A stretch of 64,000 nucleotides of DNA. Origin: Tubiluchus corallicola (lineage: Eukaryota > Animalia > Priapulida). Positions within the stretch are counted from its first letter, which is position 1; the number at the start of each line of letters is the position of its first letter. Below, piece after piece: positions 1 to 13,293 of this stretch. The notes under the pieces were generated by a model. It was given only the letters and a program-made list of their open reading frames with translations. It had not been told where the DNA came from and did no database searches. A program made the translations under genes and the position numbers. The stretch spans positions 1-64,000 of the forward strand of contig JAQGDQ010000774.1 in assembly GCA_030141605.1 (NCBI GenBank), given 5' to 3'.

Positions 1-319
1 GTTTTTTGCTGTTTCTCTACTGTTTCTCTACTGTTTCTCTGCTGTTTCTCTAATGTTTCTCTAATGTTTCTATACAGTTTCTCTAATACTGTTTCTCTAA
101 TGTTTCTCTGCTGTTTCTCTACTGTTTTTCTGCTGTTTCTCTGCTGTTTCTCTAATATGCTGTTTCTATGCTGTTTCTATACTGTTTCTCTACTGTTTCT
201 CTGCTGTTTCTCTACTGTTTCTCTGCTGTTTCTCTACTGTTTCTATACGGTTTCTCTATGCTTTTTCTAATGTTTCTATACGGTTTCTCTGCTGTTTCTC
301 TACTGTTTCTCTACTGTTT
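1..319. repeat. Degenerate ~11-bp low-complexity tandem repeat (ctgtttctcta-like), truncated by window start
   Basis: Visible reiteration of ctgtttctcta/atgtttctcta/ctgtttctctg; same repeat family at 28294-29323 followed by the same unique sequence. Confidence 0.95.
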
Positions 320-1467
320 AATTAAATTATGCATTAGTCTGTGCATGGAGTGATTTACTAGCAGGATCTTGCTTGGGAACAAGAAAAATGAACTAGGCAA
401 GGTTCTAGCTAGCTCTTAAAAGAAAAAAATGAATTATGTAAGGCTCTAGTTAGCTGTTCAAACGGTTACCATTATAACAGAATGGGCTGCAAGGCGTTGT
501 CAAGTGTACACTAACGTTGTCTGGTACACGCAACCTTTGACCTTTTCACGATCAGCATCAATCACTGGAATTGTGAAAAGGCTTATTCTCCTTGCGAGAG
601 CAAAATAGACAACAATGGGATAGTTGAACAGCCTGAAAATTGTTTACAGCTGTGCATGGAGAAGCGTGCAACAATGTCAACAACAATGTCCACTGTTATC
701 ACAAGTAAAACATTTGGCTGAGAGACTTGAATAACATTCCATAACACCAACACGATTAGTGAGAAAATGGCTGCATTCCTAGCATATTTTGTATCAATTA
801 AAATGATCTGATGTCACAGTAACTTAGTAAATATTTCTCTCGTTTACATAATAGTTGATTTGAAAAACACAGACGATTCGTAAAACATCAACAAAGAAAG
901 AACATTTGCTGTTCAGCTTAAGCATAACAAGGTCCAGTCGATACTTTGATTCAAAATTATTCGTAAGCCATAGGCAAAATACATTATCATTTTTTTCATT
1001 TTTTTTATTTTTTTATAAAAACTGACTTGCCTGCTGTCCCTTCAATGTGCTATTTTTGCGGTTACGTATGTACATGCATGCACGTTTAAACCATAAGGTT
1101 GAAGAACTATATGTATGTATATGTATATGTACGTGGCGCCATCTCTTGTCAATTTATGCAACTCTAACCCAGTACTTACAAACTATTAATTTTTGTTCTT
1201 ACTGTTGTTAGTTTTTCTGGCATTATTATCCGTGTTTCTCCTAAGTTTAAGCTGTTTGTTTTAACGTATAAGATTAATGATTTACTCTTTTGTTTTTCGA
1301 ACTATCATTGCTTACATTACTAGTACTGAGCTATCATACATAAATAAATGTCATCGTAAATATAATGTCTGATGCCATTTCTTTGTGACTTGTCGGGAAA
1401 ACTTCCATTATACATCTCTTATGAATTATACAGATTATATATACATCTCTCATGATCACCGTTCGCG

Positions 1468-1537
1468 ATAGCAATAATGTAGTGGTCACAGCGTCGATTT
1501 GTAAACAAAGAGTTCCTGGTTCAAATGCAGGCTGTAC
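1468..1537 (+). mobile_element. Degenerate tRNA-like head (tRNA-derived SINE or pseudo-tRNA); duplicate at ~30472-30541
   Basis: Box A-like tgtagtggt (~1478-1486) and box B-like ggttcaaatgc (1518-1528) at tRNA spacing; stems imperfect. Confidence 0.4.
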
Positions 1538-2384
1538 CCCTACAGTTTTCTTTCAGCCGAGTTTGGTTTCAAAATTTAACAATACTAAGTTTATTTTATA
1601 ACAATCATGAATTTATTGCATTGTCAGTTGTAAAGTTGTTGCATAAAATAAGTTGTGAAAATAAGTCTGAAATGCCATAAACGGGTAAACTTTTTGACAG
1701 ACACCTGGGCACGTATAAGCTTATGTATACCATATTAATTTCACAAAAATTATTATCAGATTAGTAAGCTGTATTTCTTATCACGTAGCGAATAAGCCTA
1801 ATAATTATGTGTAAAGAAAACCCACATCGAGCAACTGGTCACCATTGCATAATAAAACTTATATTTGAAATGAGTGAAATTTTCAAAATAAGTGAAGTTT
1901 TCAAAATGAATGAAGTTTTCAAAATGAGAAATGTTTTTGGTGAGATGTTTGGCTGCACATTGTCAATGCTTTTATAAGAAAATAATTTTTCCGTATGATA
2001 TAGCAAGGGCTATACATGCTCAAAAATTGTATGGCACATATGTGTCATGCATTAAAACACTTTTTACATTCAATTCACTTAAGTTCAACCATTGAAAGCC
2101 AGAATGTTGTAAAACAGAAAGGTAACCATAATTTTTTTCAAAATATAAGTACTTTTATAAATTCAGCACAAAAATATATACATTTCTTTTATGTTGATCA
2201 TCATAACTTTATTGAACATTATTTTGATATTTTTATCAATATTACAAATTACACTAATTTGTATGTAATAATTGTTTGTAAAATCGACAAACATTATTAG
2301 CTCATGAGCATAGACTGGTTGTAAAGTTAGAGGGAGCACATAAAAAGGCACTGTGACACATACCATGCCTTTTATTACACAAGT

Positions 2385-2750
2385 GCATTAGCATTGTGCA
2401 AAGTTTCATGCTTTCAAGGTTAAGCAAGCAATTCCGTCATTTTGTGCAACACTTCCAGCTATTTTGGAATTGGGTGTAATTGCAGAGGCATCTGAGCTTC
2501 AGATATGGATTCATGACTTTGATTCCTATATTTTAGACACCAAAATCCTTATCCTGTATGCTCCAATAGCTAAGGTGTGGACCTTTATAAGCTAGCATAT
2601 TGTTATCCATCTTGAAAACAGCTGTCATATTGGGCGAATTTCGAATGGCTCCATATTAAAATTGCTCACCTTAACGAAATTTAGCACTGTGCAAACAAAC
2701 GTTCAATGCTTTTAAAGCAAAGAGAGCATTTTTCCACATTCTAGTGACTA
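2385..2750 (+). mobile_element. Solo terminal-repeat fragment of the Academ-like family (duplicate ~31390-31755)
   Basis: Homologous to the right ends of the elements at 3667-6000 and 11071-13710 (cagatatggattcat...ttatcctgtatgct...agcactgtgcaaa) and ends in ...ttctagtgacta. Confidence 0.55.
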
Positions 2751-3666
2751 CATTCCCATTCATTTTCAACGTCCATCTTTTACCTGCCCTTACTTTTTGA
2801 CGTCACAAAAATTTTGTTTGGCCATGGCGATTTTTAGCCGCCTGTTCACGGTATATCTAAACACCAAAGAAATTCTTTGTTCTGACAAAAAATAATACTT
2901 GTACCATGCAAAATAACACTGATGCTATTGTTGTTGTTATATGATATAAAAAGAGAGTCGCCTTTGTTGCAACATGGATGAACCTATAGTGTGTGTTCTA
3001 GCTTGAATATTTTGTATGTCACTTTTGTATGTCAGTTTTGCAACAAACATGATTCATTTGATTTACATATATCTGAAGCAAAAGAGTCAATAGCATCAAT
3101 TCTATAATCTGCATGGTGCGAGTGTTAGAACCATGTTACTAATAATTTGAGTTTATTTATTGCTTTCGAACTGCATTTGAGTGTTCTCGAAACAGAGGCT
3201 CAAAATCGTCTTTCTAAGACAAACGAAGTTTTTAAGTTACATGCCATAACTGTTGTAATAGTTTCATTGGCCGAACTGCAGGAATGGTTGATTTTCCCAT
3301 ATGCAAGCATCTAACTACCAATAGTGAATTATACTTAGCACAAGCCACTCAGTGTAGCTCTAGGGTAATAATGTTGTTGTTAGCACTTCTATAATTTACA
3401 AAACTGCTCTTTTTGTAAAAGAAACATTTCATATTATGAGGTCACAGGACATCAACCTATGTGTAAGAAGAAGTTCCCTTCAAAAATCTGTGCCCTTGTA
3501 GTAAAGCAGTTTTCTGGCTTACCCTAAAAATTTACAACAAAAATATTTATGGTGTTTTCTTTTAGTATTTGGTCCACAGAATACAATATCCAAATTATGG
3601 CACTGCAAATGGCTCAATTATGACGCTAAAAAAGATGGTCACCATTATACTAAAGAAACTGCCATT

Positions 3667-6000
3667 TGGTCTACCAGAACTGTAAAAAATGCCAATTTTG
3701 ACTCAACAGTACGAAACCTTGCAGAGTGCTAGAATCAATTAAAGTGATTAATTTTGATTATGGACTCAACAAAATTCGTCCAATATGGTCACAATTTTCG
3801 AGTTGGCTGACAAAATGGCAGATTCTAGCTTAGAAGGGTTATATCTTCGCTTTTAGTGCATAAGAGGATAATATCTTGATGTTTAAATATACGTTTTCAA
3901 GTTAAATGAATCGTCTGATGCTTAAAGTTGTCATCATTTGTCGTAGTCATCATCATGGAGAAAGAATTAGCACTGAGACGCTTGCGCGCGAGAAGAGATG
4001 GCCGCGCAAAGTCCACCTCCACTTGGCAGATAGAGTGTAGATCGGCGGCATGAAGAAACACGACGGCTGCACTCATAATCTGTTGCACCGCAGTGAAGAC
4101 AACCAGAAAACAGGCCGAATCGGCAAAATGAACTGCTAGCTTCTCGATGAGCCATGCCATGCCAGAAGACGAGTTACCAGCCTTGCACGCCATGAACCAT
4201 CATCCACACAAGCTGCTGCCCTTGTGCTTGGGTGCCTTCATCCGCTTTTACAGCCGTTGGGAGTGGAAGATTCCTCGTCCGCCTGTCAAACCGTTGAGGA
4301 CTTCAGTCGTATCCCTGACCAAGGGTGGCGCGCTATACCCCGCACCACTGCCATTGCCTTCTCTTCTGGCCTCACACAGAGGAGTTAACCCGGCCTCTGG
4401 TATCTAGAGCCCTCTTCTCTAGATGCACTTGGGCAACTCTTGTCTGGCGCGTCCTAGTCGCGGGGGTGGATGCTGCAGGAGCAGTAACTAAGTTCAGGCA
4501 AGGACCCAGTGATGCTTAAATGCCACCATAATAATATTAGCATTTTGTTGTGCTGATCGAGATGCTAAGATTGTTTCACATGTTGCACAAGATGATTGAT
4601 TTGCTCGCATTGGTTTAAGAGCATAACAACTTTGCACAATAATTTGGCTAGATATGAAGCCAATTGACAATTACCCAATAAGGGCACTGCATTCATGGTG
4701 TCCAACAAGATGGCTGTCGTCGGCTTGTACAGGCCTTATTTAAGGAATTGTGTACAAAATCTACCTGTTTTGTCAATTAGCATGCAAGTACTCTTACAAT
4801 GTAGCTAGGTTATGTTTAAATACTGGTATGGTTTCCCAAATGAACATTACAGCTAGTTGGGACCAGATTTTAGATTTCACTCGAGAGGAAAAAAATGGTC
4901 TATATGGTAAGTGCTGAAGAGGTAACAGAGAAATTTTATTCCTCTAAGCATTGTTTCCAGCATTAAGCAGCTGACTTAGCACCATTTCGCCTGCTGGCAA
5001 CAACATTTAATAAGCTGATGCTTTTTTGATGCTTTGGAATACAAAATCCAATGTGATTTTCTTGTTAATTCGGTAAAACCTTTCCAGCCTGACTCATTGT
5101 AATGGTAATGTTTAGGCCAAGGATCAATCCCTGGGTGCTAACAGTTCTGCTTAATGGACATGTTCGCTTTCCTCCACCCAATGACTATCTACCTTTGTAC
5201 AAGTCCTTAAGTGCTTTGTCAGCAATCACATTCATGCATGTGTTGGTTTTATAATACTGGAATATATTACCTCTAGGAGTATTGCTTAGAGGCACCAAAT
5301 ATTTCTGTTAACTCTGACTTATGTGTAGACCATCTTTTTCTTCTGCGGCCAAGTCTGGTCACAATGAAAAATTTAAGAAAAACTATACAATCCCTGTTCC
5401 AGACATTAAAATGTTGCAATGTCTGAATATTGTGTAATATTGTATCAGTATTTCATTTAAGAAACCATATCAGCATTCATACATAACCTTGCTACATTGT
5501 GACAGTACGTGCATGTTAGTTGCCTTTGTTCACAATTCCTAAAATATATTGCTCTTATAAACTGGTAACAGCCACCTTGTCTGCCATCCTGAATGATAAT
5601 TTTTCATTAGCTTCATGTCTAAAATTAATCAACCAGATGAGTTTTACATTGTGTAAAGTATCATGCTTCTAAGACAAAGCAAGCAATTCCATCATTTTGT
5701 GTAATTTTTGTAGCCATATCGGCTGTCATTTCGAAGTGGGATGATATTATGGGGACGTTTAATCAACAGATATGGATTCATTGATCTTCGAAACCTTTAT
5801 TTAGACAAAATCGTTATCCTGTATGCTTTCATAGCTAAGATATAGTCCTTAAAAACCAGCAATAGCCAATTGTTAGCCATATTGAACGAATGCCGATGGA
5901 CTCCATATTCGAAATTAACCACCTTAATGAGCACAAGCACTGTGCAAAGTTTTATGCTTTTGAATTAGAATGAACATATTTTCAGCATTCTGGAAGACTA
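3667..6000. mobile_element. Non-autonomous Academ-like DNA transposon with long terminal inverted repeats (element A); partial duplicate at ~32660-34200
   Basis: Left end tggtctaccagaa vs right end ttctggaagacta. Left arm (~3700-3925, resumed after 4520) is the diverged reverse complement of ~5570-5990. Internal 4980-5260 is homologous to 12480-12790 of element B. Confidence 0.6.
3927..4509 (-). mobile_element. 583-bp GC-rich non-autonomous retroposon, probably RTE-derived, with 11-bp TSD
   Basis: Direct repeat tgatgcttaaa at 3916-3926 and 4510-4520; single empty site at 32912-32922 in copy 2. Minus strand contains GAGAAGGCAATGGCA (like the BovB/Bov-A motif) and ends ...CATGATGATGACTACGACAAATGATGACAAC. 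The insertion is certain; the RTE assignment is by recall. Confidence 0.8.
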
Positions 6001-7293
6001 AATACCATTCGTTTTAGTAAACTGAAAGCCATTTTTTGATTAGTCATAATTAGGCCATTTACGGACTGGCTAAATTGGACATGTTATTCTCTGAACAATA
6101 TATTGCAAGAAAGTACCAAAAACGTTTTCTTGCAATTTTTAAGGGTCAGTAAATTAACATTACTACTATTAGTGAAATTTCGTTTCTCATTGAACTACTA
6201 CAATGGCCACTGATAGTTTTGACTTTTTACTGAAGATATGAAACATCAGAAATTCAAACGCGATGTCCTTACTTAAGTATCTAGCAAAAATTAGCATTAA
6301 GAGTGTGACCATTGGCAATAAGGAGTAGACCTAAGTGCAAATGTAGTAAACTCGTGTAAGCCTAATTTGTTTTTGATTTTGAAATTAATGCCAACGAACG
6401 AATCTTTATGTCACAAAGTTTCACAGCAACTAAAGCAGATGAGTAATGTATGATTAAATAGAGGCTGCATATAAATGTAAACTTGACGTCACATTTTATA
6501 CAGACAAGATTAGATATTTAAATACAAAGTCATTGCAAACAATAGAAAAGACGCATAGTTCACTTGGCAACAACTGTCTTAAACCTTAGCCAACTGTCTT
6601 TTATAAATAAACGTGTGAAGGATTAAAATTCCACTTTAACCAAAAGTACGAAGAAAATTTTTTTCATTGAAACAACTGTAATCTCTAACATTTTCCACAC
6701 ATTTTATTAAATGTATTTGTCGTGTTTTGCAACCTCGCCAGAATTCTTTAAGACATGCAGCTTTGCAATTTTCCAGCAGATCTGAAACCTCGCAATGTGG
6801 ATTGGTGCATGATAAACGCTCACTTCTGATAGAAAGAAAATGTCTTTAAATGCAGATAAATTTGCAACTAAAATGTTTTTATTGCGCTGTGTACAAAAAG
6901 TAGTTGCACTGTAAAACGAACTAATTTATCTCGCCACAAATTGACCAAGTTGTATCTGCTTGGACAGTATTAGAGTAAATACATTAAGAGTTATTATTTT
7001 AATTTCTGGACAAAAAACTGGCTCAATCTCGAAATAAACTTGGTTACTTAATTATACAATCACAAATCGGACATATTTCTAAACACTTAATTAAATACCT
7101 TTTATATTTTACATAGTGTTGCATCGTAGGCTGATATTTGACGTTTATTAGTAACATTACTTGAGGTAGAGGATGCAGTAGCAAAGATTACATGAGGTCC
7201 AATTACCAGAAATACCTAAGTAACCTGGGCATTTCGGCAGATGAAAGTCCCCAGAAGTTTGTAATCCAGGAATTCACTAATGTTCTCAGCAGG

Positions 7294-8054
7294 TTCTTGT
7301 TCATCTTTGATAGCGTAGCTTATGCAGTGGTCACTCATATACTCCTTACGTGGAATGCTCAAACACTCTTTCTTGTTCATCTTTGATAGCTTAGCTTATG
7401 CAGGGGTCACTCATATACTCCTTACGTGGAATGCTCAAACACTCTTTCTTGTTCATCTTTGATAGCGTAGCTTATGCAGTGGTCACTCATATACTCCTTA
7501 CGTGGAATGCTCAAACACTCTTTCTTGTTCATCTTTGATAGCGTAGCTTATGCAGTGGTCACTCATATACTCCTTACGTGGAATGCTCAAACACTCTTTC
7601 TTGTTCATCTTTGATAGCTTAGCTTATGCAGGGGTCACTCATATACTCCTTACGTGGAATGCTCAAACACTCTTTCTTGTTCATCTTTGATAGCGTAGCT
7701 TATGCAGTGGTCACTCATATACTCCTTACGTGGAATACTCAAACACTCTTTCTTGTTCATCTTTGATAGCTTAGCTTATGCAGGGGTCACTCATATACTC
7801 CTTACGTGGAATGCTCAAACACTCTTTCTTGTTCATCTTTGATAGCTTAGCTTATGCAGGGGTCACTCATATACTCCTTACATGGAATGCTCAAACACTC
7901 TTTCTTGTTCATCTTTGATAGCGTAGCTTATGCAGTGATCACTCATATACTCCTTACGTGGAATACTCAAACACTCTTTCTTGTTCATCTTTGATAGCTT
8001 AGCTTATGCAGGGGTCACTCATATACTCCTTACCTGGAATGCTCAAACACTCTT
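7294..8054. repeat. 76-bp minisatellite, 10 copies
   Basis: Unit ttcttgttcatctttgatagcgtagcttatgcagtggtcactcatatactccttacgtggaatgctcaaacactct starts at 7294, 7370, etc.; near-identical units with two alternating variants. Confidence 0.97.
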
Positions 8055-8499
8055 TCTGACAAATACCTTGTTTCATGGTCTAAAACGATGTTGACCTTGA
8101 CGAGTTTGGATTAAAAGTAAAGGTGACAAAAATAAAATGTACCTATTTTTAATTTGCACTAGTTTTGAGCATCAAATTTAAGTGAGTAATTTATTTATTA
8201 TGATTACTATCTTAATGTCAAGATCATGCGTTGACAACTTTTTGTGTTACTTTGAAAGGGCCTAAGAAATTTTATCTACAGCGAGACAATCTATATAACG
8301 GCACATCCAACGTCCTTTGAGGCTGTATGCTTTCAGCATGTTAAAATTCTCTAATTTAATACAGTCTATAAGATTAAACGTTCCTTTTACATTGTCAGCG
8401 TCTTAATAGATTGCAGGATCTTTTTTGTCATAAATGCAATGAATAAATTCACTTGCGTTTATTCAGCGTCTGTTGCAACTTAAAAGTTCCGGAAATACG

Positions 8500-8965
8500 T
8501 TGCCGATGCAAAACGATAAAACTTATCCTGTTTGCTAAATAAATATGCAGACGGAGCAAAACTTGTCCTGGTCTGTTGATTAGGCAAAAAACGCTGACAG
8601 AGCGAAATGACAGATCCTGTCCGGTATTGTTGACTATGTGAAAGCGCTGATAGAGCAAAATGATAAAACTCATCCTGCTTGCTAAATAAATACGCTGACA
8701 GAACAAAATGACAGATCCTGTCCGGTATTGTTGAGTATGTAAAAGCGCTGATAGAGCAAAATGATAAAACTCATCCTGCTTGCTAAATAAATATGCTGAC
8801 AGAGCAAAATGACAAAGCTCATCCTGGTTTGTCAATTACATAAAAACGCTGACGGAGCAAAATGACGAATCTTGTCCTGTTCTGTTGTAAAAAACGCTGA
8901 CAAAGCAAACGGCGAAAATTTGTCATTGTCTGCCAATAAGTAAAAATGCTGACGGGGCAAAATGA
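8500..8965. repeat. Imperfect ~50-55-bp tandem repeat (aaacgctgacagagcaaaatga...)
   Basis: Recurrent gctga(c/t)agagcaaaatga motif; shorter version at ~35360-35580. Confidence 0.75.
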
Positions 8966-11707
8966 TATAAACCGCTATTATAGCGATATTACAGGTCGAA
9001 ATTTTGCAATAAAAGTGTTACAAATTTAGCCGTCAAGTTTCATAGTATATTCTTCAGTGACGCTCGCATACTAGACAAATTCAGCAAAATACGTGTGGGA
9101 ATAGTACGTACGTCTTTCATTTGTTCTCGAAAATAATGTTCTGGTTTAATCTGGTTTATTTCGGTTTAATACTCACAGTCTTCATGCGGCTAAATTCTAA
9201 AGTAAATAATATGACAGCTTTTGAGGGATTAAATCAAAAGAAACAATTGTTCAATGAACGAATATCAGGCAAAATTTGAACAAATTTTACACCTGACTTG
9301 CCAGACAGTAAACCGGTGGAAATATTTTACCTTGCGTTGCCTAATTAATGAGTTATTAAGTTATTTGTATCCCACAGGAAATGCCTGGACGTCTCCCTCT
9401 TTAGACGCCTAGCCAAACACCACAAAATATTTTGCATGTAAACCAATGATGACAAGCCATTGTTCTCACATTCATGTCACGAAATTCTTTGCTAGCCCAT
9501 CAATGCAATACATTTTGATATAGTTCTTTCAAATGCCACGTAAATGTGGTATTACAGTTAAATGGCTATTCGTTTTAACCTGCTAAATATGTTCGTGACA
9601 CAAGCCATACCATTTCCACCACACTCAACTCCCACATCATACCACACCACACCACTTCTATCACATCATACCTACTACACCACTCCACCATCAGGTTGGA
9701 GACTCGAATATTTTATGTGAGGGGTGATAATAATTGTAATAATTGAGCTAAAGCTGATTTTCGTAAATAGGGTGTTTTTCACACAAATTTGAATTTTGGT
9801 AAAAAGCGTATCTATGATGTCTAGACTACGCATGTCACCTATTGGTTTCAATGTAAACAATTGCACTTAGAATGTAAATAATTCAGCAACAATTCATAAT
9901 AATAATAATAATTAAAAAATAAGTTTTAGCCCTTATATTTTCAATAATAATTTCTAGAAAAGGTTGTTTTCTCAACCTAAGTTCTGCCAAGGAAAACACT
10001 ACATAGACTGATCTGTAACTTGAGCGGGAAAAACCCACGTTAAGTAAAAACAACAGTGAACTAAAATATCTCATAATGCGCAAAAACTGGAGGTTGGATA
10101 CAGCTTAAAATTTAATATAATTTCTATTTTTATGTTTAATCGTTTAATAATCTTTGCGCAAAACATTTTTCTGAAACGTTTGCGGCACAAGAGTTAAGAA
10201 GGCGGAGCAAAGCTGCTGATCATAGCCGTCACGGTCACGGCTCTTGATCTTACAAAGCCTTGAAGTTTCTGATGGTGAGCATTTGCCGTCACAGCTTCTG
10301 GGCGTGTCTTTGTTCTGCAGAAATGCCATACAACAACCCAAGCCCAACCATTTGCTGTGTGATTTCTCTGCATCAAGTGCAAATGGTGAAACCTGTTTAA
10401 TGTTTTGCAGAAATTTTGTTCGTTTTTTTAATCTTTTGGCGAAATTGAAGTGCTATTGATGCTTGGTGTGATTTTGTCTTAAATTTGGAAATTTGCGTTT
10501 TTCCTGGGTATCGTAAAGTATTGTTTGCGCAGTGATTGCTTATGCATTAAATTTTGTTTGTCTTTTGTGATTTCAAATTGATAGTGGCTGCGCTGCATTT
10601 ACGTGAAATAATGTGGGCTTGTGCGCCATATTCAAGAATAAAAATATTAAGCGAACGGTTGCTCCGTTTATGCCTGGCGTAAGCTTATGAAAGATTTATT
10701 AAATCATTTTTCTGTAATCATTTTTTGTTTTTATTAATAAATTTATTACCTGTTTTGTGTTTCATTGCGAAACTACATATACAAATTGTATGCGTGTAAT
10801 TTTTCTTATTGCATATACTCACTGAAGTATTATCTGATTTGTTTAACGTTTATAAGTTTATTAAAGTGAATATTATTACTAAAAAATTCTTTACACTATA
10901 ACTATTAAGATCAATTTGCTGACTTAGGCCTGCCATTAAAAATAGCAAAAAATAGCACCGTTTTTTTGTGTTTTCAAGTACTATTTGATCCAGGAAAGAA
11001 CGTATCGAAAATATCCCGAAACTTGAGGCCACAAAGGTTTAATTATCAAGCCAGAGAGATGGCCACTACTTAGACTGCCAGATGCTCATTTTGATTCAAA
11101 AGCAGAAAACTTTTGCACAGTGCTAGAGTTCATTAAGATAATTACTTTTGGTTATGGAGTCAATCGAAATTCGTCCAATATGGCTACAATTTTCGGGATA
11201 GCCCACAATATGGCTGTTTCTAGCTTACAAGGACATTATCTTATCTATTAGAGCAGACAGGATAATGATATTGGTGCTTATATGTGGGTTTTCAAGGTCA
11301 AGGAGTCAACATCTGATGCTTGAATACCTCTGTAATGCCCACCCCATTTTGAGATAGCTGCAAATATTGTACAAAATGATGGAATTGCATATTTTGACTT
11401 AAAAACATAAAATTTTGCAAATTGCTATTACCCATCCAGTAAACTAATTTTAGATTTGAGGCCAATCGAAACTATCCAATATGGCTACAGCATGCAACAT
11501 GGCCGACAAGATGGCTGTTGTCAGCTCACAAGGGGTATACCTTTTAGAAATTGTGAACAAAGCCTACCTGTTTTGTCAACAAAAAGTGCACCTACAGTCA
11601 CAACTAGCAAGACTAAGTTTGAATGCTGGCATCGTTTCTTGAATGAATATACCTGGTAACAGCTTTTAATACTGCGTGAGGTACATTACTACACTCTGCT
11701 TAATGTC

Positions 11708-12295
11708 TGGAACAGGCGAACATCTTAGGTATATAGCTTTTCATAAAAATTTCAATACCGTAGGCCCTGAAAAGAATCAGTTTTATCAGCTTTTAGTGGT
11801 TCACCAGATTTGAGATTTTACAGGAGAGAAAAAAGGATGCCTTTTCTACATAGTAGGTGTTGAAGAGGTAACAAAGAATGTGGTGCCTCTAAGCATTTCC
11901 TAGAGCTAAGCCGCTACTTCCCTAAAGTTTGGGTTTGAATGTTTTGCCGCAGTCCAGTATGACAAAACTAGTACATGCATCAGTGTCACAGTTGATGTAA
12001 CAGATAAAGACTTGCTAACAAAAGAGTCTCATAGGATGTAAAGTTTGAGCATACCAATTAGGTTGTGCAGCAAGCAGAACTGTCAGGACCAGACATTGCA
12101 CCCTGCCCCAAACTTTACTATCATCATAAGAGAAAGGCTAGAAAAGTTTTACTGAACTGACACGGAAATCACACTGAATTTTGCATTCTAAAGCGTCCAA
12201 AGAGTGTCTACCACTTATTTAATGTTTAACCAGCAATTGAATTTGTGCTGTGGCAGATGTAAATGCACTGAAACGAGTACTGTTTGCACAAAAGA
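11708..12295 (+). pseudogene. Degraded Academ-type transposase C-terminal region (duplicate ~38400-38995)
   Basis: Frameshifted translation gives GTGEHLRYIAFHK, VGPEK, FSG..QI..F.G..KK, YDKTSTCISV...KDLLTK, ASKECLPLI*C and CCGRCKCTETSTVCT. This matches, in order, the XPG-like and Cys-rich tail motifs I recall for Academ transposases. Confidence 0.7.
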
Positions 12296-13293
12296 TATAT
12301 TTTAGATATGTTTAAAATAAAATTAATAATAGGTTTTAATAAATATATCATTATTACATGTACTATGAATAATAATAGCTAGGTTTTGCTGATAACATCA
12401 CTTCTAAACTCGGTCATCATTCACCATCATATTTGCATGACACAAGGAATACTTTCTTGGACACATTTACATCTGTCACAACACCATTTCGCTTACTGGT
12501 AACAACATTGACTAAGTTGTTGACAAGCTTTTGGTGCTTCAGAATACAAAGTACAGTGTGATGTCCTGTCAGCCTTGTCAGTCCAGTAAAACTTTTGTGA
12601 TATGGTGAGCCAAATGGTGATAGTAAAATCTAGGGCAGGGATAAAAACCAGGAAGCAACAGTTCTGCTTGATGCACAACCTGATCAGTCTGCTCCAGCAT
12701 TGCATCCAATGACAATTTTCCTTGTGGATAAGTGCTCATGTGCTATGCCAACTGTCACAGTGATACATGTGTTATCTTTGTCATACTAGAGTGCAGCAAA
12801 ATTGTTCAAGCACAAACATGAGAAAACATACAGTGGCTGTAGTATTTCGAGGAAAATTCAAGTATCAAAAACAACCTTGCTACACTCTGACAGTACATGC
12901 ATTATAGATGACAAAACATGTAGACATTTGTTCACAATTCCTAAGAGATATCGCACTACTGAGCTAGCCACAGCAATCTTGTCGGCCATCTTGGATGCTA
13001 TGGCCATATTGAGTAAGTTTCAGTTGGTTTCACCTCGAAAATTATTCATTCTGGTGGGTTTTAGCATTGTGTAAATTTTTTTTGCTTTTAAAATAAAATG
13101 AGCATTTGCGTCAGAGATGGACTCCTTGATATGGAAATCCTGCGTTAAGCACAAAAATCATCATCCAGTCTGCTCTGATATCTAAGATGTAGAGCTTGAA
13201 AGCTAGCAACAGCCGTATTGTCGGCCATCTCGAGAATTGCGGCAATATTGGACGAATTTCAATGAATTGCGTAACCATTATTAAACATCTTAA

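Noticed and set aside
1468-1537. Functional tRNA gene
   Set aside because: Acceptor and T stems are poorly paired; kept only as a degenerate tRNA-like head.
7294-8054. Possible CRISPR-like array (also considered for 41416-42530, 43066-43410, 47995-49056, 59717-60483, 61397-62643)
   Set aside because: Units are head-to-tail with no unique spacers, there are no cas genes, and the context is eukaryotic intronic/intergenic DNA.
10144-10459. ORFs conserved between duplicate copies (also 36850-37284, and 12493-12705 vs 39197-39409)
   Set aside because: Conservation simply reflects the recent duplication; the frames differ in length between copies or show no recognisable domain.
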